In this document: positions 44,937 to 51,887 of the stretch, one piece after another | Position numbering within the stretch: the stretch's first letter is position 1 | Layout: the number at the start of each line of letters is the position of its first letter | NCBI GenBank assembly: GCA_017463485.1 | Contig: JAFTPD010000002.1 | Location: forward strand, 505-64,504 | Length of the DNA: 64,000 nt | Source: Clostridia bacterium | GTDB lineage: Bacteria; Bacillota; Clostridia; Oscillospirales; CAG-272 | Direction: 5' to 3' | The notes under the pieces: generated by a model | Told to the model about the DNA's origin: nothing | The model's input: only the letters and a program-made list of their open reading frames with translations | Databases searched by the model: none | Program-made: the position numbers and the translations under genes

Positions 44937-44951
44937 AGAAAACAACAATTA
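44901..44951. repeat. right inverted repeat (~50 bp) containing hairpin H3
   Basis: It is the reverse complement of 44386-44435. The element core 44388-44949 is flanked by TA on both sides (44386-87 and 44950-51). Confidence 0.85.
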
Positions 44952-44985
44952 TGCTACATTTGTTCACAGAATGTTAATGCTTATA

Positions 44986-44994
44986 TGCTACAAT
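44986..44994 (+). promoter_or_regulatory. extended -10 promoter element (TGcTACAAT) upstream of ogg
   Basis: TGCTACAAT lies about 50 nt upstream of the proposed GTG start. No good -35 is present. Confidence 0.4.
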
Positions 44995-45045
44995 TACGGT
45001 ATACACACGGAGATTAACTCCGAATCTTGGTATGGGGAGAATTCT

Positions 45046-45852
45046 GTGAGCCTTCTTACACTCGAAAATAAAACGCATACGGTCTGCGGTGTGCGGCATT
45101 TCAGTCTTGATAAAATAACCCGAAGCGGACAGGTTTTCCGTTGGTACGAAAAGGAAAACGGAGAGTTTTTGATCTATTCGGGCAAAAGGTGCATCACAGC
45201 AACACAGTGCGGTGATAGCCTTACCGTTTCTGCCGACAGAGATGAATTCGACGGCTATTGGAAGCACTATTTCGCGCTTGACGAGGATTATGACACATAT
45301 TTTGACGGCGTTACGTCGGGAAATGATGCATACGCCGCCGATTGCGCGCACGTGTCCGACGGAATACGCATTCTCAATCAGGACCTTTTTGAAACTATGG
45401 TGTCCTTCGTCATATCGCAAAATAATAATATCCCACGCATCCGCGGATGTATCGAGCGTATCGTCGCTCAAAACGGCGGAGCTTTTCCAACGGCAGACGA
45501 GCTTTTGTCCCTCGACCTATCGGGTTGCGGACTTGGCTATCGCGAAAGTCGAGGATATATGAGAGCGGTGGGCGCGGCTTACAGCCCCGAATTTGAAAGC
45601 TACATACGCTCGCTTGACTACGAGGGAGCAAAAGCGGAGCTGCTCAAAATCAAGGGAATAGGCAATAAGGTTGCCGACTGTATATGCCTTTTCTCCTTGG
45701 GACATAAGGACGCTTTCCCGCGAGATACGCATATCAATGACATAATCGAAAGGGAATACGGCGGAGTCGATCCGTCGGGACGCTGGAATGGGTATGCGGG
45801 TATCGTACAGCAGTGGATATTCTTTGACGAGCTTTTGCGCACGGGACGTTGA
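45046..45852 (+). CDS. ogg: 8-oxoguanine DNA glycosylase / AP lyase (OGG1-type, HhH-GPD family)
   Basis: About 268 aa from GTG 45046, 6 nt after GGGGAG. OGG_N-like N-terminus (FSLDKITRSGQVFRW). HhH-GPD motif LKIKGIGNKVADCICLFSLGHKDAFPRDTHI, with the catalytic Lys and Asp. The upstream part of the 362-aa track ORF runs through repeat copy B and is not credible coding sequence. Confidence 0.8.
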   Translation: MSLLTLENKTHTVCGVRHFSLDKITRSGQVFRWYEKENGEFLIYSGKRCITATQCGDSLTVSADRDEFDGYWKHYFALDEDYDTYFDGVTSGNDAYAADCAHVSDGIRILNQDLFETMVSFVISQNNNIPRIRGCIERIVAQNGGAFPTADELLSLDLSGCGLGYRESRGYMRAVGAAYSPEFESYIRSLDYEGAKAELLKIKGIGNKVADCICLFSLGHKDAFPRDTHINDIIEREYGGVDPSGRWNGYAGIVQQWIFFDELLRTGR

Positions 45853-45939
45853 AATTCACGTTAAAGTAAATAAAAAATTTATCTGTCAGTGAAAAATGTT
45901 GCGCAACCGTCCAAAATGTGAAAAAATGACACTTTCGGC

Positions 45940-45968
45940 TTGATTTCGGCAGCATAGTGTGCTACAAT
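45940..45968 (+). promoter_or_regulatory. sigma-A promoter of the DUF554-like gene
   Basis: TTGATT(45940-45945)-17 nt-TACAAT(45963-45968) with TGc extended -10. Confidence 0.55.
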
Positions 45969-46009
45969 AAATATACTGAACCGCGCAAGCGGCGGAATGG
46001 AGTTTTTGT

Positions 46010-46864
46010 ATGAATTTTTTGTCAATACTGATAGACGTTCTCGCAATAGTCGTCGGCGTTAGCTTCGGTACGATCTGGCGCGGTAAGCTTTCCGTGGCGT
46101 ATCAGCGCGTCGTCCTTGTTGCTTGCGGACTCGTGGCGACTGTCGTGGGTCTGTTCGGAATATACGACAGCCTCTTTATTTTCTCCGAGGAGAAATTTGA
46201 GATCGACGGCTCAATGCTCATAATATTTGCGCTTGTCACGGGTACGGTGCTGGGCGGCGGCTTCGGAGTGTCAAAGCTGTTTGAAACTATTGGCGCACAT
46301 ATTGGAAAGTTGGTTGCCAAGGAAGAGAAAAAGGAGTATTTCCGCGCACAGAGACTCGCTCAGAGCAAAAAATCGAAGGACGGCAAAAAGCATCTTTCCG
46401 ATCTGCCCACCTACGATATTGCTCCCACGCGCTTTGAAAACAGACATGTCGAGGGCTTTGTTGTGTCCGCTATGATACTGACCTTCGGTTTCCTTGCCAT
46501 TACCGCACCGTATGAGTCGGGGGCACGGATATCCGAAATACCGTTTTACTTCAAAGCGGGACTCGGCGCGGTACTTGCCTTCGCGCTTTCCATGGTTTAC
46601 GGCGCGTCGGTTTATTTTGCGGCAATACCCGTGGCACTTTGCGACGTGATCGTCACTATATTCGTGCTGAGCACTGATATTACCGTGGATACGCCCGTGT
46701 GGGACCAGGTCGCGGTCATCAGCTCGGTAATAATGCTTGCGGCGGGCTTGTGCCTTGCCTTCGGTAAGAAATTCAAGGTGGAAAATATGATCCCCGCGAT
46801 CTTTATTCCGCCTATATACTACGGTATTATCGACCTTGCCATGAAAATTGCGGGCGAGGGATAA
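46010..46864 (+). CDS. DUF554-family (YdfK/YqgA-like) membrane protein
   Basis: 284 aa. N-terminus LSILIDVLAIVVGVSFGTIWRGKL....VVLVACGLVATVVGLFGI resembles DUF554 proteins. A charged ~45-aa loop insertion (KEEKKEYFRAQRLAQSKKSKDGKKH...) is present. Confidence 0.55.
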   Translation: MNFLSILIDVLAIVVGVSFGTIWRGKLSVAYQRVVLVACGLVATVVGLFGIYDSLFIFSEEKFEIDGSMLIIFALVTGTVLGGGFGVSKLFETIGAHIGKLVAKEEKKEYFRAQRLAQSKKSKDGKKHLSDLPTYDIAPTRFENRHVEGFVVSAMILTFGFLAITAPYESGARISEIPFYFKAGLGAVLAFALSMVYGASVYFAAIPVALCDVIVTIFVLSTDITVDTPVWDQVAVISSVIMLAAGLCLAFGKKFKVENMIPAIFIPPIYYGIIDLAMKIAGEG

Positions 46865-46899
46865 ATATTTTTTACACAGCGAAAGAGAGGTTTGAAAAA

Positions 46900-48084
46900 A
46901 TGGCAAAGGGGAAGTACAAACAAAAGCGCGAGGAAGAGCAAAATGTGCTTAAAACGCAGAGGAAAAGCGCGGCTTGGGCGACGGTAAAAAAATATCTCAA
47001 CAGATATTTCATCGACGCTATGGGCTCAATGGCACTCGGACTTTTCGCGTCCTTGCTTATCGGAACTATCTTTGATACGGTTGCAAAATATACGGGACTT
47101 GAATTCCTTTCCGTGATCGCAGCCTACGCAAAAAGTGCGACGGGAATGGCTCTCGGCGTTGCAATATCCTACCGCCTCGGCGCGCATCCTCTGGTAATGT
47201 TTTCTTGCGCGGCGGTTGGAGCTATGTCTAACGCTATGGGCGCTATCATGAACGGCGGTGCTATAACCGCGTGGGCAGTTACCGCAGGCACGGGCGAGGG
47301 AATATTTTACAGCGCAGGCCCTGCGGGCGCGTTCTTTGCCGTAATTATTGCAAGCGAGATAGGTATGCTTGTGTCCAAAAAGACCAAGGTGGATATACTT
47401 GTTACCCCCGTAGTTACATTGATAGTCGGCTTTGGTGCTTCATGGCTGCTTTGCCCCCTTGTATCCTACGTAATGTATTATCTCGGTGTGTTCATAGCCA
47501 CTGCCACCACCTTCCAGCCGCTCCTTATGGGTATCGTTATTTCGGTAGTGGTCGGCATAATTCTCACGCTTCCGATATCCAGCGCGGCGATATGCGCTAT
47601 GATATTCTCCGCATCCGCGCTTGAAGCGGCAACCGCCAATGGTACGGCAGAGGGACTTCTGCTTGCAGGCGGTGCGGCAGTAGTCGGATGTTGCGCTCAG
47701 ATGGTAGGCTTTGCGGTAAGCAGCTTCCGTGAAAACAGGTGGGGAGGCATTATATCGCAGGGACTTGGCACGTCAATGCTTCAAATGGGCAATATTTGTC
47801 GCAAGCCGATAATCTGGCTGCCTCCGACACTTGCCTCTGCTATAACGGGACCCATCTCCACAATGGTGTTCAAGATTGAATGTAGTGGCGTTTCCGCAGG
47901 CATGGGAACGTGCGGACTCGTAGGTCCTATCGGCGTTATCTCGCAGATGGAGCATACGCCCACTATGTGGATAGGCGTTCTGCTTTGCTGCCTTGTTCTG
48001 CCCGCTGTGCTGTCGCTTGCGTTCAGCGAGATCATGAGACGGCTTGGCTGGATAAGTCAGGGAGATATGAAGCTTGAAAATTAA
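46900..48084 (+). CDS. PTS EIIC-like membrane protein (PTS_EIIC_2-type), no EIIA/EIIB partner nearby
   Basis: 394 aa and polytopic. YFIDAMGSMALGLFASLLIGTIF and Gly/Ala-rich TM segments resemble the stand-alone 'PTS transporter subunit IIC' family. I assigned this from memory of that family, not from a search. Confidence 0.5.
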   Translation: MAKGKYKQKREEEQNVLKTQRKSAAWATVKKYLNRYFIDAMGSMALGLFASLLIGTIFDTVAKYTGLEFLSVIAAYAKSATGMALGVAISYRLGAHPLVMFSCAAVGAMSNAMGAIMNGGAITAWAVTAGTGEGIFYSAGPAGAFFAVIIASEIGMLVSKKTKVDILVTPVVTLIVGFGASWLLCPLVSYVMYYLGVFIATATTFQPLLMGIVISVVVGIILTLPISSAAICAMIFSASALEAATANGTAEGLLLAGGAAVVGCCAQMVGFAVSSFRENRWGGIISQGLGTSMLQMGNICRKPIIWLPPTLASAITGPISTMVFKIECSGVSAGMGTCGLVGPIGVISQMEHTPTMWIGVLLCCLVLPAVLSLAFSEIMRRLGWISQGDMKLEN

Positions 48085-48242
48085 TAAAGTCGGGGCTGGC
48101 TTAAATGAGCCAGCCCCCTCGAAAATGGCGGCAAGAAACCCTCCATTTTCGAAAACTCGAATGTTTTTGAGAGGTTTTTGTATAAATTTTATATTTTTCA
48201 AGTGTCAAAACGACGAATTTCATTCGTCGAGTTCGATTTCGT

Positions 48243-48277
48243 GGGCTGGGTCACGCAAGTGAGCCAGCCCGATTTTT
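48243..48277 (+). terminator. intrinsic terminator (GNRA-capped hairpin plus T-run)
   Basis: GGGCTGGgTCAC-GCAA-GTGAgCCAGCCC followed by GATTTTT. Confidence 0.7.
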
Positions 48278-48290
48278 AATGCCGTTAGAC

Positions 48291-48319
48291 TTGACAAAAG
48301 GGGACAGATATTGTATAAT
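48291..48319 (+). promoter_or_regulatory. sigma-A promoter of the large surface-protein gene
   Basis: TTGACA(48291-48296)-17 nt-TATAAT(48314-48319). Confidence 0.7.
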
Positions 48320-48352
48320 GTAGAAAAGAATTTATAATGGAGAAATGTTGCT

Positions 48353-51300
48353 ATGCGTATGAGGCTTGAAGGAGGAAGAATACTGTCGCTTATTCTGTGC
48401 CTCCTTATCATATTTTCCTCATTGCCCGCGGCGTCGGCTTCCACGAGTGAAGCGGATGGCGCGGCTGACGTGTTGCATACGGTCTATCCGTCACAGCTCC
48501 TCGAGCAGTTAGCGGGCGAGGTGTCAGATGCGGAGGCTGATTTTGTGGACGGCGAAATGGACGCGGCACTTATCTCCAAATTTACAGTAAAATATAGCGA
48601 AGCGGCGTTGCTCGATGCACTTGACGTGCAGGTTGTTGAGTCGGAAGATAAGATAACCGTCTGTATAACAGCCCCCACGCAAAATCGGAGCGGGCTTTGC
48701 TGGATACCCGTTTCCGCCCGTGTTTCAATAGGAGATACGGAGGTGGAGGTAGCGCTTGACGGAGGTAATGGCGAAGCTGTATTGCCGAAGGCGGCAGATG
48801 CTTTTGCTGTAACCGCGTCTGTTGACTATCAGGCGAAGGTAGCATACACTCGGGAGGATGCAGAGACTCTTGCAAACGCGGCATATAATGCTGGCAAGAC
48901 GGCTGTCGCAGCTCTCGCACAGTACGAGAGCGACCTTGCGGAATATAACGAAAAGCAGGCGGCTTATGAAAAGTATCTCTCGGCGCTTGCGATATACGAG
49001 AGCGAGCTGAAAAAATATAACGCTTACCTTGACGCTGTAAAGCAGTATAACGCTGACTTGAAGGAATATGAATCGTACCTTGCGTCCCTTGAGGTGTATC
49101 AAAAAAAGCTTGCTGAGTATCAGCTTTACCTTTCCGAGTATGACGAATATAAAGCCGCGTACGACGAGTATCTTGATTTTCTTGCAAATCCTGAAAAGTA
49201 CGAAAATGCGTATAGATCCTATCTTGAATATTGCGAAAAGCAAGAATTGATAGCAAAGCAGCTTACAAATCTTGATACCATTTTTGAAAAAGACGTAGTG
49301 GGTAACATACTGTATATTACCCTTATTGAGGACAACGTCGCGGCGGTGATCAAGAATAAAGATGCTCTTGTTTCAACGGGCTGTGATGAGCAGGAGGTAG
49401 ACAATGCCGACCGCGCTACCAAGGCACTGCAAAAGCTGTTTACCGATTATGCCGAGTTGAAAAAAACTCGGGACAAATACGAATACTATATCGCGAATTA
49501 CACTAAAATTCGGGATAACGTGACTCAGTTGTATACAAGTCTTTCAAATCTATATACAAACGACGCGGTTCCGAGTATTCTTGAAGCCAAGGGAAAGCTT
49601 GAAAGATATTGGCAGTTCGTAGGTCAGCTATACGTTCTGCACTGCGCGCTTGACGATAGCGTGTCCTTCAATCCCAACTGGAATATTGCGGGAGGGTATC
49701 CAAAGGAGCTGCTTGACCCTCTGCAAATTCCCGAGGACACTAACTCCGCCGCGCCTCTTGCCGCATTCCCGACCGAAATAAGCGAGGTCAAAAATCCCGC
49801 ACTGATACAAAAGCCCACGCCTCCCACAGAGGTGAAAAAGCCGATAGCTCCGATAACGGTAAATCAGCCTACAAAGCCTACCGAGGTGATAAAGCCAAAT
49901 TACCCAACCGCAGCGGAATATCCGGGAGAGAAGCCAACGAAGCCGATATTTTCTGCGGCAGTGTCGGCTTTTGCGAAAGCCGTGCAAAGCGGAGAATTGA
50001 AAAAAAGAGCTGTGGCGAATGAAGATCTTTCCGTTATCAATACTTGCGTCGAGCGCGCCGTATCACTTGACGGATACGTAGCGGTAGGATTTTATGAAGA
50101 GGGAAGCGCGTCGCTATCCCTTGTCAAGTGCGTAAGAAGCGGAGAGGCTATTGCCCTGCCACAACCGCAAGAAAATATATTCTCGGATAGGGAATATACG
50201 TATACCTTTGATTTTTGGCTGATGCCCGACGGCTCTCGGGCAGATGACGAGATAATTTTTGAAAGCGACACATGCCTTCGCGCGGCATACACGCGCGGAA
50301 CGCGGCAATACACCGTTACTTGGCGAATAGGGGACAAGAGTGTTACCTCATACCACGTATACGGTGAGCAGCCGACCTTTGACGGCGTATTACCTATACC
50401 CCAGAGTGCAGAATTCAATTATTCTTTTACGGGCTGGACACCGTCGCCCGTACCCGTTACGGCTGACGCCGAGTATACCGCACAGTTTACCGCCACGCCC
50501 AAAAAATACACGGTGACGTGGATGGTGGGAGAAAACAGCTATTCGCAAGAATATTTATACGGCGATATGCCGTCGTTTGCGGATACCGACGCGCTTACGG
50601 AGGAAGCCGCAAGGCTGATAAAAGCGTCGGGAGGAAAGTATATCTACCACTTCGTTGGATGGGACAAAAACATAAGTGCCGTGTCCGCAAATATTACGTA
50701 TACTGCAGTGTATGCGTCGGTAGACATAATTCCTGACTTGAATGAGGCTATGGACGTCAGCATTTCTTCCAACAGCTCCACCGTTTATGTCGATATAATA
50801 TCCGATACCGCCGATTTTTCTGCTCAGCTTGATGTTTCCCACGTGCTTGAACAGGCTAAGGGTAAGTCGCTTGTCATTCGCATTGACGGCATTAGTCTTT
50901 GCTTTGCGAGTGCTGACGTTACGAATATCAGACGGGCAGCAGCGAAGTATCTGAAAATCGCATGCGAAAAAAACAGTATTTCCGTTGACGTGCTTACAAT
51001 AGCGGAAATTTCGCTTGGTTCTTACGTCGGCGCGACTGTCACTTTCACGGATGACGGCGCGGCAGGTGAGCCGGTTCTGCTTGGCGACGGCGAGCCGTGT
51101 GAATTTGAATTGACGGACGATAAGGATATCTGCTTTGTGTTGAGGCTGGGTAAGGAATATGAGCTGTACCGCAGATTCAAGATAAGTGTTGACGAGGTGG
51201 ACGGTGGCGAATGTGTCGTTCTGTCCGAGTCCTTTGCTGCCGCAGGGGATAAAATAGAGTTAGAGCTGCTTGCGCGTCGCGGATATTCGATAGGAGCGCT

Positions 51301-51772
51301 TCTTGTCCTCACATCAGATGGCAAGAGCATAACGGTAGAGGTGGCGGACGGTAAATATTACTTTATCATGCCCGAGAGCAACGTTACTGTTACGCCAAGC
51401 TTTGAGAAAATGAAATATACCGTCAAATTTATCAGCGACGGACAGATCATCTACGAGGACGAGTATTTTTACGGTGACACCGTAGCCGTTCCGAAGGATG
51501 TGACAAAGCCCGACGACGGTGAATTCACTTATGCCTTTGCGGGCTGGGATAGTCCCGTGCGTACGGTGGACGGCGACGCAGTGTATACGGCAGTATTTCT
51601 GTCATCACCGATACTCGACAACGACTCCGTACCCGTAGCCACCCTCGGACTTTTGGAAATGGGGCTTATAGCGGGAGCATCTGCCACTGTTTCCGCGGGT
51701 GCTATGCTTTGCGTGTTCTTTATGCGCCGCCGAAAAAATCGGACACAGCGGGTAGGGAATGGCTCAAATTGA
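48353..51772 (+). CDS. large cell-surface protein: signal peptide, Tyr-periodic coiled-coil repeats, Pro-rich linker, Listeria-Bacteroides (Flg_new-type) repeats, C-terminal TM anchor
   Basis: 1139 aa. The signal peptide is ILSLILCLLIIFSSLPAASAS. Six 17-aa repeats occupy aa 192-293. The linker is KPTPPTEVKKPIAPITVNQPTKPTEVIKP. Four Y-x-F-x-G-W type motifs are present (YTFDFW, YSFTGW, YHFVGW, YAFAGW). The C-terminus is LGLLEMGLIAGASATVSAGAMLCVFFMRRRKNR. Confidence 0.75.
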   Translation: MRMRLEGGRILSLILCLLIIFSSLPAASASTSEADGAADVLHTVYPSQLLEQLAGEVSDAEADFVDGEMDAALISKFTVKYSEAALLDALDVQVVESEDKITVCITAPTQNRSGLCWIPVSARVSIGDTEVEVALDGGNGEAVLPKAADAFAVTASVDYQAKVAYTREDAETLANAAYNAGKTAVAALAQYESDLAEYNEKQAAYEKYLSALAIYESELKKYNAYLDAVKQYNADLKEYESYLASLEVYQKKLAEYQLYLSEYDEYKAAYDEYLDFLANPEKYENAYRSYLEYCEKQELIAKQLTNLDTIFEKDVVGNILYITLIEDNVAAVIKNKDALVSTGCDEQEVDNADRATKALQKLFTDYAELKKTRDKYEYYIANYTKIRDNVTQLYTSLSNLYTNDAVPSILEAKGKLERYWQFVGQLYVLHCALDDSVSFNPNWNIAGGYPKELLDPLQIPEDTNSAAPLAAFPTEISEVKNPALIQKPTPPTEVKKPIAPITVNQPTKPTEVIKPNYPTAAEYPGEKPTKPIFSAAVSAFAKAVQSGELKKRAVANEDLSVINTCVERAVSLDGYVAVGFYEEGSASLSLVKCVRSGEAIALPQPQENIFSDREYTYTFDFWLMPDGSRADDEIIFESDTCLRAAYTRGTRQYTVTWRIGDKSVTSYHVYGEQPTFDGVLPIPQSAEFNYSFTGWTPSPVPVTADAEYTAQFTATPKKYTVTWMVGENSYSQEYLYGDMPSFADTDALTEEAARLIKASGGKYIYHFVGWDKNISAVSANITYTAVYASVDIIPDLNEAMDVSISSNSSTVYVDIISDTADFSAQLDVSHVLEQAKGKSLVIRIDGISLCFASADVTNIRRAAAKYLKIACEKNSISVDVLTIAEISLGSYVGATVTFTDDGAAGEPVLLGDGEPCEFELTDDKDICFVLRLGKEYELYRRFKISVDEVDGGECVVLSESFAAAGDKIELELLARRGYSIGALLVLTSDGKSITVEVADGKYYFIMPESNVTVTPSFEKMKYTVKFISDGQIIYEDEYFYGDTVAVPKDVTKPDDGEFTYAFAGWDSPVRTVDGDAVYTAVFLSSPILDNDSVPVATLGLLEMGLIAGASATVSAGAMLCVFFMRRRKNRTQRVGNGSN
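48926..49231 (+). repeat. six tandem 51-nt (17-aa) degenerate repeats, pattern L-x5-Y-x6-Y-x2-Y
   Basis: The units are ESDLAEYNEKQAAYEKY, LSALAIYESELKKYNAY, LDAVKQYNADLKEYESY, LASLEVYQKKLAEYQLY, LSEYDEYKAAYDEYLDF and LANPEKYENAYRSYLEY. Confidence 0.85.
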
Positions 51773-51793
51773 CAAATTATTATTGAAATGCTG

Positions 51794-51822
51794 TTGACAA
51801 AACAGGGTGTTTGGTTTATAAT
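51794..51822 (+). promoter_or_regulatory. sigma-A promoter of the Wzz/BY-kinase gene
   Basis: TTGACA(51794-51799)-17 nt-TATAAT(51817-51822). Confidence 0.7.
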
Positions 51823-51887
51823 AATTACGTAGGCATATTCACGGAAACAGCCGTGATGCCGCGTTATTTGATCGAAAGGATAAGAAA

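Noticed and set aside
44340-44940. A possible CRISPR-like array from the recurring GTTACTTCTGT…ACAGAAGTAAC palindromes
   Set aside because: There are only three copies, with irregular spacing (about 25 bp and 485 bp) and one copy inverted relative to another. No cas genes are present. This is not a CRISPR array.
44764-45045. The N-terminal 94 codons of the 362-aa track ORF that ends as ogg
   Set aside because: This part is read through repeat copy B and the inverted-repeat hairpin. The same repeat in copy A is in a different frame because of a 1-nt indel. The glycosylase homology only begins near residue 100. A GTG with GGGGAG at 45046, plus an extended -10 at 44986-44994, fits a shorter gene.
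48074-48444. The short ORFs 48074-48262 (+, 62 aa) and 48220-48444 (-, 74 aa) in the spacer before the surface-protein gene
   Set aside because: Neither has an RBS, and both run through hairpins, a terminator and a consensus promoter. The region is better explained as non-coding.
51640-51772. A sortase (LPXTG) cell-wall anchor at the C-terminus of the 1139-aa protein
   Set aside because: A hydrophobic segment plus a basic tail are present, but no LPXTG-, SPKTG- or NPQTN-like pentapeptide precedes them. I call it a C-terminal membrane anchor only.
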